Source: Candidatus Poribacteria bacterium (lineage in GTDB: Bacteria > Poribacteria > WGA-4E > JAJDTR01). From it: DNA of 64,000 nt. Below the pieces are notes generated by a model. The model did not search any database. It worked only from the letters and a program-made list of their open reading frames with translations, and was not told where the DNA came from. The DNA is taken from assembly GCA_965208765.1 (NCBI GenBank), contig OZ242354.1:1383343-1447342 (forward strand), in the 5' to 3' direction. Positions 54,030 through 64,000 of the stretch are shown here, in pieces; positions within the stretch are counted from its first letter, which is position 1, and each line of letters opens with the position of its first letter. Made by a program: the position numbers and the translations under genes.

Positions 54030-55484
54030 ATGAAATTTGAGTGGTTTGTTGCTTCTCGATACCTGAAGTCTCGAAGAGAGCAGTCGTTTATCTCGATTAT
54101 TGGCGTCATATCCGTCGTCAGTGTAGCACTTGGAATTGCGGTCGTTATTCTTGTAATTTCCGTCATGAATGGATTTGAACATGGGCTTAGAGAAAAATTC
54201 CTTGCCAACGAAGCCCACGTGACCGTTCGCTCATCCGCCGGAAATTACTTCTCGAACTATCAGGATACCATCAAGCAGATCGAAGCTATCGACGGGGTCG
54301 AAGCCGCCTCTCCCGTCATCTACACTCAGATTGCGGCTTGGCCCACACATGAGGACTCGCCTCGGAGGATTATCTTCGTTAAAGGCATTGATCCGGCAAA
54401 GGAAAATCGGGTAACAGGCTTTTCGAAGTTTTTTGATGGACCTGTGGACTTCAAGAACTCGCCACTGATTGAGAGCGCTCGCTTGCAAGCGGATGAAACG
54501 ATCTTCGGTGGAATCGTTTTGGGAGACGCTGGCGCAATTAACATGGGCGTTGTCAAGGGCGACGTGTTGCGTCTAGTTTCCAGAATGCAACGAAATCCTG
54601 CGAATCCAACCACCTTCTTGGCCCATACACGTAACTTCGTTGTGGTTGGCATCTACAAGTCGGGAATGCACACCTACGACAATGTGCTCGGATTTGTCCA
54701 CTTGGACACGGCACAGGAACTCTATAACAAGCAGCCAGACCAGATCAATATGATTGAGGTTCGCACATCAAGTGCGGATATCGCATCTGAAGTACGAGGA
54801 CGTATAGCGTCAACAATCCGTCTTGATGGAGGAATTCGGGGAATACCGGTCACGAATACGTGGGTGGATTCGCATGCTCCCCTGTTTGAAGCCATAAAAC
54901 TGGAGAAGATTGTCACCGTGATTATCGAAGCGTTGATTATCCTAGTGGCGGCATTTAATATCGCTAGCACGCTGATCATGACGGTTATGGAGAAAACGCG
55001 AGACATCGGGGTTCTTCGTGCGATGGGATCTTCCAAGCGTAACATTTTGAAAATATTCATGGTTCAAGGTTGCACCATCGGCGTGTTGGGGGGCATCGTG
55101 GGTACAGTCCTTGGCGTGAGCATCTCTTGGCTGCTTGATCTGCAGAATATTCGCCCCTCACGTTGGTTTGCGCTACTCATTCTGATTCCGTTCAGTATAC
55201 AGCTCTTTATCGCATTTAGACGCTCGTTATCACTGCATTTCAGTTTCAAGGGATTTCTTGGCTTGTTGTGGACGGGAGCTATCGGGTTACTTCTCTACTG
55301 CCTCGCCCAGCCGATCTACATAGATGGCCAAGTTTATCAATTGAGTCGCCTTCCCGTGAAAATTAACTGGCTATTTGTCGGATTCATGAATGTACTTTCA
55401 TTTGCCATCTGCTGGCTTGCAACGGTGTATCCGGCGTGGCAAGCTTCCAATCTCAAACCCGTTGAGGCATTGCGGTATGAATAA
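54030..55484 (+). CDS. LolC/LolE-family (FtsX-like) ABC transporter permease
   Basis: N-terminal MKFEWFVASRYLKS...FISIIGVISV, a MacB-like periplasmic domain, and C-terminal FtsX helices (GVLRAMG...). Confidence 0.8.
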   Translation: MKFEWFVASRYLKSRREQSFISIIGVISVVSVALGIAVVILVISVMNGFEHGLREKFLANEAHVTVRSSAGNYFSNYQDTIKQIEAIDGVEAASPVIYTQIAAWPTHEDSPRRIIFVKGIDPAKENRVTGFSKFFDGPVDFKNSPLIESARLQADETIFGGIVLGDAGAINMGVVKGDVLRLVSRMQRNPANPTTFLAHTRNFVVVGIYKSGMHTYDNVLGFVHLDTAQELYNKQPDQINMIEVRTSSADIASEVRGRIASTIRLDGGIRGIPVTNTWVDSHAPLFEAIKLEKIVTVIIEALIILVAAFNIASTLIMTVMEKTRDIGVLRAMGSSKRNILKIFMVQGCTIGVLGGIVGTVLGVSISWLLDLQNIRPSRWFALLILIPFSIQLFIAFRRSLSLHFSFKGFLGLLWTGAIGLLLYCLAQPIYIDGQVYQLSRLPVKINWLFVGFMNVLSFAICWLATVYPAWQASNLKPVEALRYE

Positions 55485-56172
55485 TCTCATTCGCACTGTT
55501 GATTTACACAAATCATATTTCGACGGGGCAAAGGAACTTCCCGTTCTTAAGGGCATCGATATAGAGATCCAGAAAGGCGAGATTCTCGCGATCATCGGTG
55601 CGTCAGGCGTCGGTAAGAGTACATTGCTGCATCTAATTGGCGGGCTGGATCGCCCGACACAAGGCAAAGTCTTCTACGAAAATCAAGATATTTTTGAGTA
55701 TAATGACCGAGATCTCGATCGATTTCGGAATCTTGGCGTTGGGTTCGTCTTCCAATTCCATCACCTGTTGCCGGAGTTTACGGCAATTGAGAACGTAGCA
55801 CTCGGTGCGTTGATTGCCGGCAAAAATGCTCATGATGCGCGGGCCGACGCCCAAGACTTGCTCGATTACGTAGGACTATCCGAACGCCTTGAGCATCATC
55901 CGAGCGAACTCTCGGGTGGCGAGCGACAGCGGGTAGCCATCGCTCGCGCCCTGATTAATCAGCCGAGGGTCGTCCTAGCCGATGAACCGACGGGAAACCT
56001 CGACCGAAAAACCAGTGCGGCGGTGCTCGATCTATTATGGGATTTGAACGATCGTTTCGACCAAACCTTCATTATTGTCACTCACAATCAAGCCCTGGCG
56101 CAACGTGCGGATCGGCTAATTCAACTCGTTGATGGCAAAGTTTCCGATCAAATCCAAGTGGTCGAATTATGA
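55477..56172 (+). CDS. LolD/MacB-type ABC transporter ATP-binding protein
   Basis: Walker A GASGVGKST, signature LSGGERQR, Walker B VVLADEPTGNLD. The start overlaps the permease stop (ATGAATAA). Confidence 0.85.
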   Translation: MNNLIRTVDLHKSYFDGAKELPVLKGIDIEIQKGEILAIIGASGVGKSTLLHLIGGLDRPTQGKVFYENQDIFEYNDRDLDRFRNLGVGFVFQFHHLLPEFTAIENVALGALIAGKNAHDARADAQDLLDYVGLSERLEHHPSELSGGERQRVAIARALINQPRVVLADEPTGNLDRKTSAAVLDLLWDLNDRFDQTFIIVTHNQALAQRADRLIQLVDGKVSDQIQVVEL

Positions 56173-56228
56173 AGCAAATGCCGAATGAGACACACGAAGC
56201 AACGGATAATTAAAAGACACTAAGATGG

Positions 56229-57302
56229 ATGGGCATGGAAATTAAGGTAACGAAATCAACAAATCCCCAGCAGGAGCGTCCAAAGGATTCTGAGTTAGGT
56301 TTCGGCAAGTACACTACCGACCATATGTTTCTGATGGACTATGTCCTAGGGAAGGGATGGCATGATGCCCGTATTGTTCCGTACCAACACCTGCGTTTGG
56401 ATCCGGCGGCAATGGTGTTACACTACAATCAGGAGGTCTTCGAAGGCTTAAAGGCGTATGCCCTTGCGGGCGGCGGTATCGGCTTGTTTCGGCCGGAGAA
56501 AAACATACAGCGGATGAACGCCTCTGCCCAAAGGTTAGTCATGCCCGAAGTGGACAGTCAACTGTTTCTACAAGCGATGAAGCAGTTAGTTCTAATCGAT
56601 CGGGAGTGGCTCCCGAAATCGGAGGGAACATCCCTTTATATCCGCCCCACGATGATAGCAACCGAACCGATGATTGGAATCCGAGCGTCGGAACGTTATC
56701 TGTTTTACATCATTTTATCTCCGGTAGGTGCCTACTATCCCGAAGGCTTTAATCCAACGCGCATTTACGTTTCTGACACGCATGTTCGCGCCGCGAAACA
56801 CGGCGTCGGTAACGTGAAAACCTCGGGAAATTACGGATCAACGCTTTTTGTCTCACAGGAAGCGGCGGTAAAAGGATACACTCAGGTCTTATGGCTAGAC
56901 GCAAACGAACTTAAGTACATTGAAGAGGTCGGTACAAGCAATGTGTTTTTCTTGATCGATGACGAGTTGGTCACCCCTCCCCTCAAAGGTACCATTCTGC
57001 CTGGGATCACTCGAGATTCGGCGCTCCAGCTTGCCAGGAGTTGGCAACTCCGCGTTTCCGAGCGGTTGATTTCCATTGACGAAGTCATTGATGCATGCCG
57101 AAGTGGAGCGCTCAAGGAGATGTTCGCTACCGGGACGGCGGCGGTCATTTCTCCGGTCGGCGAAATATCCTATAAAGGGGAGCAATTCCAGATAGCGAAC
57201 GGCAAGACGGGTGAACTTGCTCAGACGCTTTATGACGAACTGACCGGAATCCAATATGGACGTAGAGAAGACCCGTTTGGATGGCGAATTCGCGTTGCTT
57301 GA
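56229..57302 (+). CDS. ilvE: branched-chain amino acid aminotransferase
   Basis: Fold-type IV PLP enzyme motifs (EVFEGLKAY...; lysine region ...TSGNYGSTLF...; EVGTSNVFF). Confidence 0.9.
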   Translation: MGMEIKVTKSTNPQQERPKDSELGFGKYTTDHMFLMDYVLGKGWHDARIVPYQHLRLDPAAMVLHYNQEVFEGLKAYALAGGGIGLFRPEKNIQRMNASAQRLVMPEVDSQLFLQAMKQLVLIDREWLPKSEGTSLYIRPTMIATEPMIGIRASERYLFYIILSPVGAYYPEGFNPTRIYVSDTHVRAAKHGVGNVKTSGNYGSTLFVSQEAAVKGYTQVLWLDANELKYIEEVGTSNVFFLIDDELVTPPLKGTILPGITRDSALQLARSWQLRVSERLISIDEVIDACRSGALKEMFATGTAAVISPVGEISYKGEQFQIANGKTGELAQTLYDELTGIQYGRREDPFGWRIRVA

Positions 57303-57611
57303 GAGCCGCTTTACTGTTCTCATGAAAGAGATGCAGTTGCATTACATTTATCTCATACGAACTCGTATTCCGTAAGTTACAAGACCCGGTGTTCGAAATA
57401 GCCCGATTCATAGTGCGTCATGGAGTCCGGGAGACATTTAGATCGGAAAATGCTATCGATTCCGTTTCGTGGAGTTCAAACAGCGAGCTTTATGACCGCG
57501 AAGATTTACCAGTCTTTTTTACGAAGTTTTCTAGAACGACATGCAGCATCCGGGAAACCATGATGAAGTCTGTCTATTCCTCAATAACGACCTGTTAGGA
57601 GGTATTTTGCC

Positions 57612-60248
57612 ATGTTTAGAATTGCATTCGGAACGTTGATCCTGCTACTTGCATTGGCAAATGGTCTTATATTAGCTAGCGCAGAAGAAGCAACCGACAC
57701 AGAAACTGCCGTGTCGGACACTGCCGACCAGGCTCTAATTGTAAAAAAGATTAGATTTGAGGGAGTGAAGGACACGCCGGAAGAGTTCTTTGAGATACAT
57801 ATACAAACGAAGGTTGGAGAGGAAATCTCTCCCGATCGCCTCTCCCAAGACATAAAGAACCTCTACAAAAATACGGGGTTTTTCTCTGACTTTAGCGATG
57901 CGGGAGAATCCCCTATTAGAGTTGAAGTTGAATCTGCCGAAGGCGGCGGTCTGGAGGTAATTTACAAACTCAAAGAGAGTCCAAAAATTGAGAGTGTCAA
58001 GATCATAGGAAACGAGAAGCTAAAGACTGGCAAGATTAAGGAAGCCATTACTCTAAAACCTAGCGAGATATACAGCGATCAGCGCCGTTGGGAAAGCGAA
58101 CGAGCTATTCTTCGAGTCTACAAGGAGAAGGGGTATTATCTCGCAACGTTAGAGTCTGATTCCAATGTTGATCGGGATACAAATACGATCGAGGTCACTT
58201 TCGAAATTAGTGAAGGTGAACGGATCAAGATCCAAGAGATTAATTTTCTCGGTAGCAGCAGCATTCCTGCGAAAACGCTTGCCAAAAAGATTAAAACTCG
58301 TGTCGGAAAACATTTCGATGAAAACCTGTTGGATGAGGACATGACCCTCCTGCGCCACTATTATCAAGATCAAGGATATGCGCAGATTGAAGTTGATGGA
58401 CACGAACATCGTCTTACTGCTGATAACACTGGGCTGATAATTGACATCTCCGTCGACGAAGGCCCCGAATACGTTATAGGCGCCTATGACATTAAAATCC
58501 TGCATGCGAAGAAACCCGCCTTTTCCGAAGGGAAGATTCGCGATATGCTAGATCCGGTTGAAGGCGAAATCTTTGACCGAGGAGTGTTTCAGGAATCGAT
58601 TGAAAAAATCCAGAAAGCCTATCATGATAAGGGTTACCTCCTGTCAGAGTTGTCACCCGTCCCGCGCTTTAACGAAACAGAGGGGATTGTTGACATCGCA
58701 TTAGACATTAATGAAGGCGATGTTATCGTCATTGAGAAGGTTGAGATTGACGGGTTGGAGAAAACCAAAAAGAGTGTCGTCAAGCGAGAACTCGATCGCG
58801 TGAATCTCAAAAGCGGAGAGTTTCTTGACGTAAAATCCTTACGCAAGGCTCGCCAGAAACTCTTTCAAATGGGACCATTTATCCGAAACATCGACTTTAT
58901 ACCCACGCCAAACTCCCTCGGAGAGAATAGCCGCGATCTCAAGGTCGAAATCGCCGAAACATCAAGAACCGGCATGTTTAGCCTAGGGGGCGGATATGGC
59001 ACTGAAGGCGGAATCTTCGGCGTGGCGGAGATCGGGGAAAACAACCTCTTTGGACGCGCTTACCGTGTGCACTTGAAAGGAGAATTAGGTACACGCGATC
59101 GGCACACCGCTGAACTTCGCTTCAACACCCCGTGGATTTTCGGCACACCGACACGCTTGAATGTAAGCCTCTACAACACACGACGCCTGCGCCGATATTA
59201 TCAGTCAATTATTTACCGAGACCGCGGGTTGGATCGCTCCATCTATTCGCGAAAAGGGGGAGCGGTAACCGTAGGACGATCGATTGCGCAAGACATTGAT
59301 GTGTCCGTACGCTTCAGAAACGAATATACGAATAGTTTTAACCCGGACGTTAATACTTTCAATCTAGATTTGAGCCATAGAGCCAGTCTTAATAACGAAG
59401 GGGACGTTTCGAATGAGTTGAGAGCGGCATTTGAAACACAAGAGAATGCGCTTTCTGAAAATGCAATCAGTTCCATCCGAATACCGGACCGCGAATGGCT
59501 CGTTCAAGACCTTCCAAGCGAAGACGATGAAGAAAGCGCACAGACCGTGAAGAAATTCGTGGTTAGGCACGAGGAGGGGGCACCGACATTTGATGTTTAT
59601 GACTACGGAGAACACCCATATGATCGCTCTGTCAGGAGCCTGACATTCTTCCTATCCAGGGATACGCGTGATTATCTGACAAGCATTTACGACCCGGTTT
59701 CAGGCTCCTTGAACACGCTTTCCTATGAACACGCTGGAGGACTTTTGAGAGCCGACAGTGAATTTCAGCGGTATACGTTTGACACAAGTTGGTTCCGCGG
59801 TACATGGCGTAATCACGTATTTGCAGCCCACGCAAGAGCTGGTTATCTGAACAGTAGAACCAGCGATGACTACTTCCTTCGCTGGGAACGGTTTTACTTG
59901 GGCGGTATTGACACCGTTCGCGGTTACGAGGATTATTCCATTTATCCGCCCTTAAGGCCTGGTGTAAATCTCAGCTACGGAGGTAACAAGGTTTTCTTCG
60001 CGAACTTTGAATACCGTATTCCGATCGGCTCACAGTTAACGGGTTCGGCGTTCTTTGACATCGGTCAAGTTTGGGATGAATATCAGCCAAATATCTTCAA
60101 GAATATCAACCTGAGGAAGGGCGCCGGTGTAGGGATTCGATTCAACCTGCTAGGCATGTTGGCTCGTGCCGAATGGGGATATGGATTTGACCGCCCCGGA
60201 GGAGAAAAAGGAGGTAAACTCCATTTCACAATCGGTCCGGGATTCTAA
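57612..60248 (+). CDS. bamA: outer membrane protein assembly factor BamA (Omp85)
   Basis: Signal peptide, multiple POTRA repeats (FEGVKDTPEEFFEIHIQTKVGEEISP...), and a C-terminal 16-strand barrel ending ...FTIGPGF. Confidence 0.9.
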   Translation: MFRIAFGTLILLLALANGLILASAEEATDTETAVSDTADQALIVKKIRFEGVKDTPEEFFEIHIQTKVGEEISPDRLSQDIKNLYKNTGFFSDFSDAGESPIRVEVESAEGGGLEVIYKLKESPKIESVKIIGNEKLKTGKIKEAITLKPSEIYSDQRRWESERAILRVYKEKGYYLATLESDSNVDRDTNTIEVTFEISEGERIKIQEINFLGSSSIPAKTLAKKIKTRVGKHFDENLLDEDMTLLRHYYQDQGYAQIEVDGHEHRLTADNTGLIIDISVDEGPEYVIGAYDIKILHAKKPAFSEGKIRDMLDPVEGEIFDRGVFQESIEKIQKAYHDKGYLLSELSPVPRFNETEGIVDIALDINEGDVIVIEKVEIDGLEKTKKSVVKRELDRVNLKSGEFLDVKSLRKARQKLFQMGPFIRNIDFIPTPNSLGENSRDLKVEIAETSRTGMFSLGGGYGTEGGIFGVAEIGENNLFGRAYRVHLKGELGTRDRHTAELRFNTPWIFGTPTRLNVSLYNTRRLRRYYQSIIYRDRGLDRSIYSRKGGAVTVGRSIAQDIDVSVRFRNEYTNSFNPDVNTFNLDLSHRASLNNEGDVSNELRAAFETQENALSENAISSIRIPDREWLVQDLPSEDDEESAQTVKKFVVRHEEGAPTFDVYDYGEHPYDRSVRSLTFFLSRDTRDYLTSIYDPVSGSLNTLSYEHAGGLLRADSEFQRYTFDTSWFRGTWRNHVFAAHARAGYLNSRTSDDYFLRWERFYLGGIDTVRGYEDYSIYPPLRPGVNLSYGGNKVFFANFEYRIPIGSQLTGSAFFDIGQVWDEYQPNIFKNINLRKGAGVGIRFNLLGMLARAEWGYGFDRPGGEKGGKLHFTIGPGF

Positions 60249-60302
60249 ACGATTGCTGTTCACACGCTAACTTTTAATCTCAAACATTCGAAGGATTGAC
60301 TT

Positions 60303-60881
60303 ATGAGACGAATTTCGATATTATACGCCGCTGTTGTGATCGGGATTTTTGTGATTGCCATTGGCGCGGTGGCACAGACTCAGTTTAAACTCGGAGTTGT
60401 TGACACGCAGAAGGTCTTTGAAGGATATAAGGCCTCACAATCAGCAAACGAAACCTTGAAAAGTGCTACAGACAGGCTTCGAGCTCAGTTGGAGAAACTC
60501 AGGGAAGAGATTCGAACAATGGAGGAACGACTTACCAAACAGAAACTGTTTCTCGATAACCCCCAAACTGAGAGTATTCAAAATGATATCCGTTTGAAAC
60601 AACAGGAATATCAACGTGAGTTGGAGATTGGCCAAGAATCGATCTCGGCCAAAGAGAAAGAACTGGTTGAACCAATCCTGAAGGAGATTGAGACACTCAT
60701 CAAGGAAATTGGCAAGGACGGAGGGTATAACCTGATTCTTGAAAAACGCCTTGTAACGCTTTATGTCGATCCAAGTTACGATCTGACGGAGTCGGTTATC
60801 CAAACGCTGAATGAGCGATTTGAGGAAAAGAATCCGTCTGAATCAAGTGAAAAGGATTCCGAGGAATCAGAATCTCCTTAA
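60303..60881 (+). CDS. skp: periplasmic chaperone OmpH/Skp
   Basis: Signal/anchor sequence, then the coiled-coil Skp-like motif (KLGVVDTQKVFEGYKA...). It sits in the bamA-skp-lpxD order. Confidence 0.8.
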   Translation: MRRISILYAAVVIGIFVIAIGAVAQTQFKLGVVDTQKVFEGYKASQSANETLKSATDRLRAQLEKLREEIRTMEERLTKQKLFLDNPQTESIQNDIRLKQQEYQRELEIGQESISAKEKELVEPILKEIETLIKEIGKDGGYNLILEKRLVTLYVDPSYDLTESVIQTLNERFEEKNPSESSEKDSEESESP

Positions 60882-60968
60882 TGGAAATGGAGGGATGGGA
60901 CGGGGTGATAACCGTTCATTGCGCACGAATCACTATCAAACTGTTCTGTTGTCCCGGATGGGGGCAGT

Positions 60969-62024
60969 ATGGTAAAAACACTTAAGGAAATAGCTGAGCT
61001 AATCAACGGAGATTTGTGCGGCGACGGCAATCTGGAGATTACCGGTGTATCGGGAATAAAGGAGGCGCAGCCGAATGATATTACATTTGTTGCCAATGCC
61101 AAATACCGCAGCGAGATGGAGCACACAAATGCCTCAGCGATAATCATTGGTCCAGACATCCAGGGCAATGGGAAAACCACAATTCGAGTGGCGGATCCCT
61201 ACCTCTCCTTCGTTAAAGTGCTTGAAATGTTCTCTTGGCGCAAGAAGCGTCCGACTGAGCTTGGAGTCCATGAAACCGCCATCATCGGCGAAAACGTGCA
61301 GTTGGGAGAACGGATTTCAATCCAAGCCTACGCTTACATAGGAGATAACGTCGAGATTGGGGACGATACGATAATCAGTCCCTCAGTATATATCGGTCAT
61401 GATACCAAGATTGGTAGCGGGACGTTGATTTATCCCCGTGTTACGATCCGGGAAGAAATCAAAATTGGCGACAGCGTGATTATTCACTGCGGTGCGGTAA
61501 TTGGAAGTGACGGATTCGGGTTCGCGACCGTTAGTGACCGGCATCATAAAATCCCGCAAATCGGCACCGTCATCATTGAGGACGATGTTGAGATTGGTGC
61601 CAATACTACGGTGGACCGGGCGACGATGACAAATGGGGCTACTGTTATCAAGCGAGGCACCAAGATTGATAACCTTGTTCAAATCGCTCACAATGTCGTG
61701 ATTGGCGAGGATTGTCGACTTGCTGCCCAAGTGGGAATCGCCGGAAGTACGGTGCTCCAAGACCGAGTAACCGTGGCGGGACAAGCTGGCGTTGTTGGAC
61801 ACCTGACAATTGGAGAGGATACGGTTATATTTGCAAAATCCGGCGTCACCAAGAATACACCGGCCGGAAGTTCTGTTTCCGGATTCCCCGCACGACCTCA
61901 CGCGCAAGAGATGCGAGTCCAAGGCGCTTGGCACAGGCTACCATCAGAGTTCTCTCGGCTTCAGAAACGAGTAGCGGATCTTGAATCCCAACTTCGCCAG
62001 CGCGACGATGAGTCATCCGAATAG
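60969..62024 (+). CDS. lpxD: UDP-3-O-(3-hydroxyacyl)glucosamine N-acyltransferase
   Basis: LpxD N-terminal domain ([12 protein letters not shown]...) followed by left-handed beta-helix hexapeptide repeats. Confidence 0.92.
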   Translation: MVKTLKEIAELINGDLCGDGNLEITGVSGIKEAQPNDITFVANAKYRSEMEHTNASAIIIGPDIQGNGKTTIRVADPYLSFVKVLEMFSWRKKRPTELGVHETAIIGENVQLGERISIQAYAYIGDNVEIGDDTIISPSVYIGHDTKIGSGTLIYPRVTIREEIKIGDSVIIHCGAVIGSDGFGFATVSDRHHKIPQIGTVIIEDDVEIGANTTVDRATMTNGATVIKRGTKIDNLVQIAHNVVIGEDCRLAAQVGIAGSTVLQDRVTVAGQAGVVGHLTIGEDTVIFAKSGVTKNTPAGSSVSGFPARPHAQEMRVQGAWHRLPSEFSRLQKRVADLESQLRQRDDESSE

Positions 62025-62979
62025 GTCGCAACCCCCTAACGATGGGAGTTCCCTCGGACCGTATGTTCCGGTCTTGGCATATCACAGAATCGATGGTGGG
62101 TTTGAACTCGGGGTTAATTCAATCTCTCCCGAACTCTTTGACCGCCAGATGCGCTTTCTCGCCGAACAAGGTTATACTGCTATCACTCTTGACCGTTTCA
62201 TCCAGGCGATTGACCCGTCGTCCCGCCAGAAGAAGAACCCAGTGGGGAACTCTCTCCCATCAAGTTTGCAGCCCCGAGACTCTCGAGTTCCAGTGCAACA
62301 GCAGAAAAATGACGGTGCTCCCTGCTCTCGTTCTCGCGAAAGGTCGACAAGTGAACCGCAGGAAGAACTCAATATACCTCGCAAATCCATCCTGATAACC
62401 TTTGACGATGGATATGAGGATTTTTATACGTCGGCTCGCCCCATTTTGACGAAGTACGGCATGACCGCTACCGTCTTCGTCCTCGCAGGATTCATTGGGA
62501 AATTCAATACGTGGGATGCCCGATTAAGATTGAGACGGTCGCGGCATTTGAATGACAAGCAGATTCAATCCCTTTATTACGAGGGATATGATATTGCATC
62601 TCATGGAATGCAGCATCGATTTCTAACGCGATGTAACGAGGCGAGTACAAAGTTCGAACTTTGTGAATCAAAAGCAACGCTTGAGAAGTTGCTGCATCAT
62701 CCTGTACACGGCTTTGCTTACCCTTATGGATGTTCGAATCCTGAAGTTGCCGAGCAAGTAAAATCTGCGGATTATCGCGTTGCCTTTGGTTTGAAGCCAA
62801 CCAAAGCAACTGCATCAGAATCTATCTATCGTTATCCGCGCATAGCAGTGTATCGATGTGACACGCTTTCGAACTTTAAGGCGAAGCTGGGCTTGAGCGG
62901 ACGATACCGTTTCAAGTTAGAGTGTATGAAAAACAGTGTCATTAACCGCTTTGCCTATTTGAACAGGCTCCGGCGCTGA
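62008..62979 (+). CDS. polysaccharide deacetylase (NodB-homology domain) protein
   Basis: NodB motif [20 protein letters not shown]...GMTATVFV. The start is uncertain (61981 or 62008); it overlaps the lpxD 3' end. Confidence 0.7.
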   Translation: MSHPNRSQPPNDGSSLGPYVPVLAYHRIDGGFELGVNSISPELFDRQMRFLAEQGYTAITLDRFIQAIDPSSRQKKNPVGNSLPSSLQPRDSRVPVQQQKNDGAPCSRSRERSTSEPQEELNIPRKSILITFDDGYEDFYTSARPILTKYGMTATVFVLAGFIGKFNTWDARLRLRRSRHLNDKQIQSLYYEGYDIASHGMQHRFLTRCNEASTKFELCESKATLEKLLHHPVHGFAYPYGCSNPEVAEQVKSADYRVAFGLKPTKATASESIYRYPRIAVYRCDTLSNFKAKLGLSGRYRFKLECMKNSVINRFAYLNRLRR

Positions 62980-63005
62980 CAAGAGGACAACGGAAAAATG
63001 CGGAC

Positions 63006-64000
63006 ATGGAAAAACAAAATCTTGCTCGGTCCAGGATGCGGAATCGATTCTCGCGTTCCCTCCTCCCGTTTTGTGATTATCTGATTGTTCTCCGTCCTAC
63101 CCTTCTATTTCCTGTCTGGACACTGGTGCTTCTGGGGCATTATCATGGCACTGCGCACATTTCTCAATCACTAAAACTTGAAATCCTAGCCGCGGAAATA
63201 CCGGTCCACTTCAATTTAGACGTTCGTGTCTGGGTTACGCTTGGTTTGTACTCAATGTTGGCTGGTGCGGGTTATATCATAAACCAAATAGCAGATAAAG
63301 AAACGGATTTAGCAAATAACAAGCTATACCTAGTCGCCGAAGGATACGTAAAACTAACGCTGATTAAGGTGCAAGCAGCCGTACTATTTCTTGCGTCGAT
63401 TATGTGGGCGGTGGTTTGGTTTCACCATAGCTGGTCATATCTCATGCTTATTGCAGTGTCCACAGTTCTCGGAGTGATCTACTCTGTTCGACCATTCCGA
63501 TTGAAAGGAAGACCGATACTTGATCTTCTGGCAAACGCTATTGGGTATGGAGGTGTAGCATTCCTCCTCGGATGGACAGCTACTGCTGCGTTGAATATAG
63601 AAGCGCTGCAGCGAGCTATTCCTTATGTATTCTGCGTCGCTGCCGCATTTGTTAACACAACGCTCCCGGATCTGCAAGGAGACTCGGCACATGGCTATCA
63701 CACAACCGGCGTTTTATTGGGCGTGCAGCGAGCATGTCAACTGAGTCTATTCCTATTGGCGATCGCAATACTCTCAGCGTGGATTGTTAGTGATGGAATA
63801 GCTCTCATTTCCGGTTTGGTCTCCGTTCCGTTCTTCATTTTCATGAACGTCGCGCCGAAACGTCAAGCTATCATATTGGCGACCCGTATCGGCATCCTGA
63901 CACTCTCGTTTGTCGCTTGCGTTCTCATCCCGCCCTATTTCCTTTTGTTCGGGGGCACTCTCCTATTTGTTCGTTGGTACTACGGTGCTCGGTTTGGCAT
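63006..64000 (+). CDS. UbiA-family prenyltransferase (3'-truncated at window edge; absent from ORF track because no stop lies in the window)
   Basis: Open frame from the ATG at about 63006 to the window end with no stop. Multi-transmembrane protein with a UbiA-type Asp-rich motif NQIADKETDLANN. Confidence 0.55.
   Translation, partial: MEKQNLARSRMRNRFSRSLLPFCDYLIVLRPTLLFPVWTLVLLGHYHGTAHISQSLKLEILAAEIPVHFNLDVRVWVTLGLYSMLAGAGYIINQIADKETDLANNKLYLVAEGYVKLTLIKVQAAVLFLASIMWAVVWFHHSWSYLMLIAVSTVLGVIYSVRPFRLKGRPILDLLANAIGYGGVAFLLGWTATAALNIEALQRAIPYVFCVAAAFVNTTLPDLQGDSAHGYHTTGVLLGVQRACQLSLFLLAIAILSAWIVSDGIALISGLVSVPFFIFMNVAPKRQAIILATRIGILTLSFVACVLIPPYFLLFGGTLLFVRWYYGARFG

Overview
64-kb window from a Gram-negative bacterium (BamA, Skp, LpxD, Lnt and a LolC/E-D-like transporter are all present). 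A protein with a C-terminal T9SS-type sorting domain and a PorV/PorQ-like barrel suggest an FCB-group or related lineage. GC content is about 50%. The housekeeping backbone is: rpoC 3' end, fumC, sdhCAB, suhB-like IMPase, an epimerase, an aminotransferase, aroA, pepP, an M14 peptidase, lnt, katG, prfB (programmed +1 frameshift) and the block lysS-lolE/D-ilvE-bamA-skp-lpxD. Several accessory features interrupt this backbone. (1) A roughly 132-bp hairpin-containing repeat is present as a 4-unit tandem array and as at least five dispersed or partial copies; one copy interrupts a lipoprotein gene. (2) An IS4/IS701-like insertion sequence has unusually long (about 210 bp) terminal inverted repeats, and there are internally deleted or solo-end derivatives of it elsewhere. 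(3) There is a probable UGSC-family selenoprotein gene with an in-frame UGA and a downstream hairpin. (4) Two copies of a structured element of about 260 bp share a conserved core. (5) A second small hairpin repeat family occurs in three places. (6) An ECF sigma factor is fused to a transmembrane/periplasmic extension next to a TonB-dependent receptor. I found no rRNA, tRNA or CRISPR. Coordinates read directly from the sequence text may be off by 1-2 nt; coordinates taken from the ORF track are exact.
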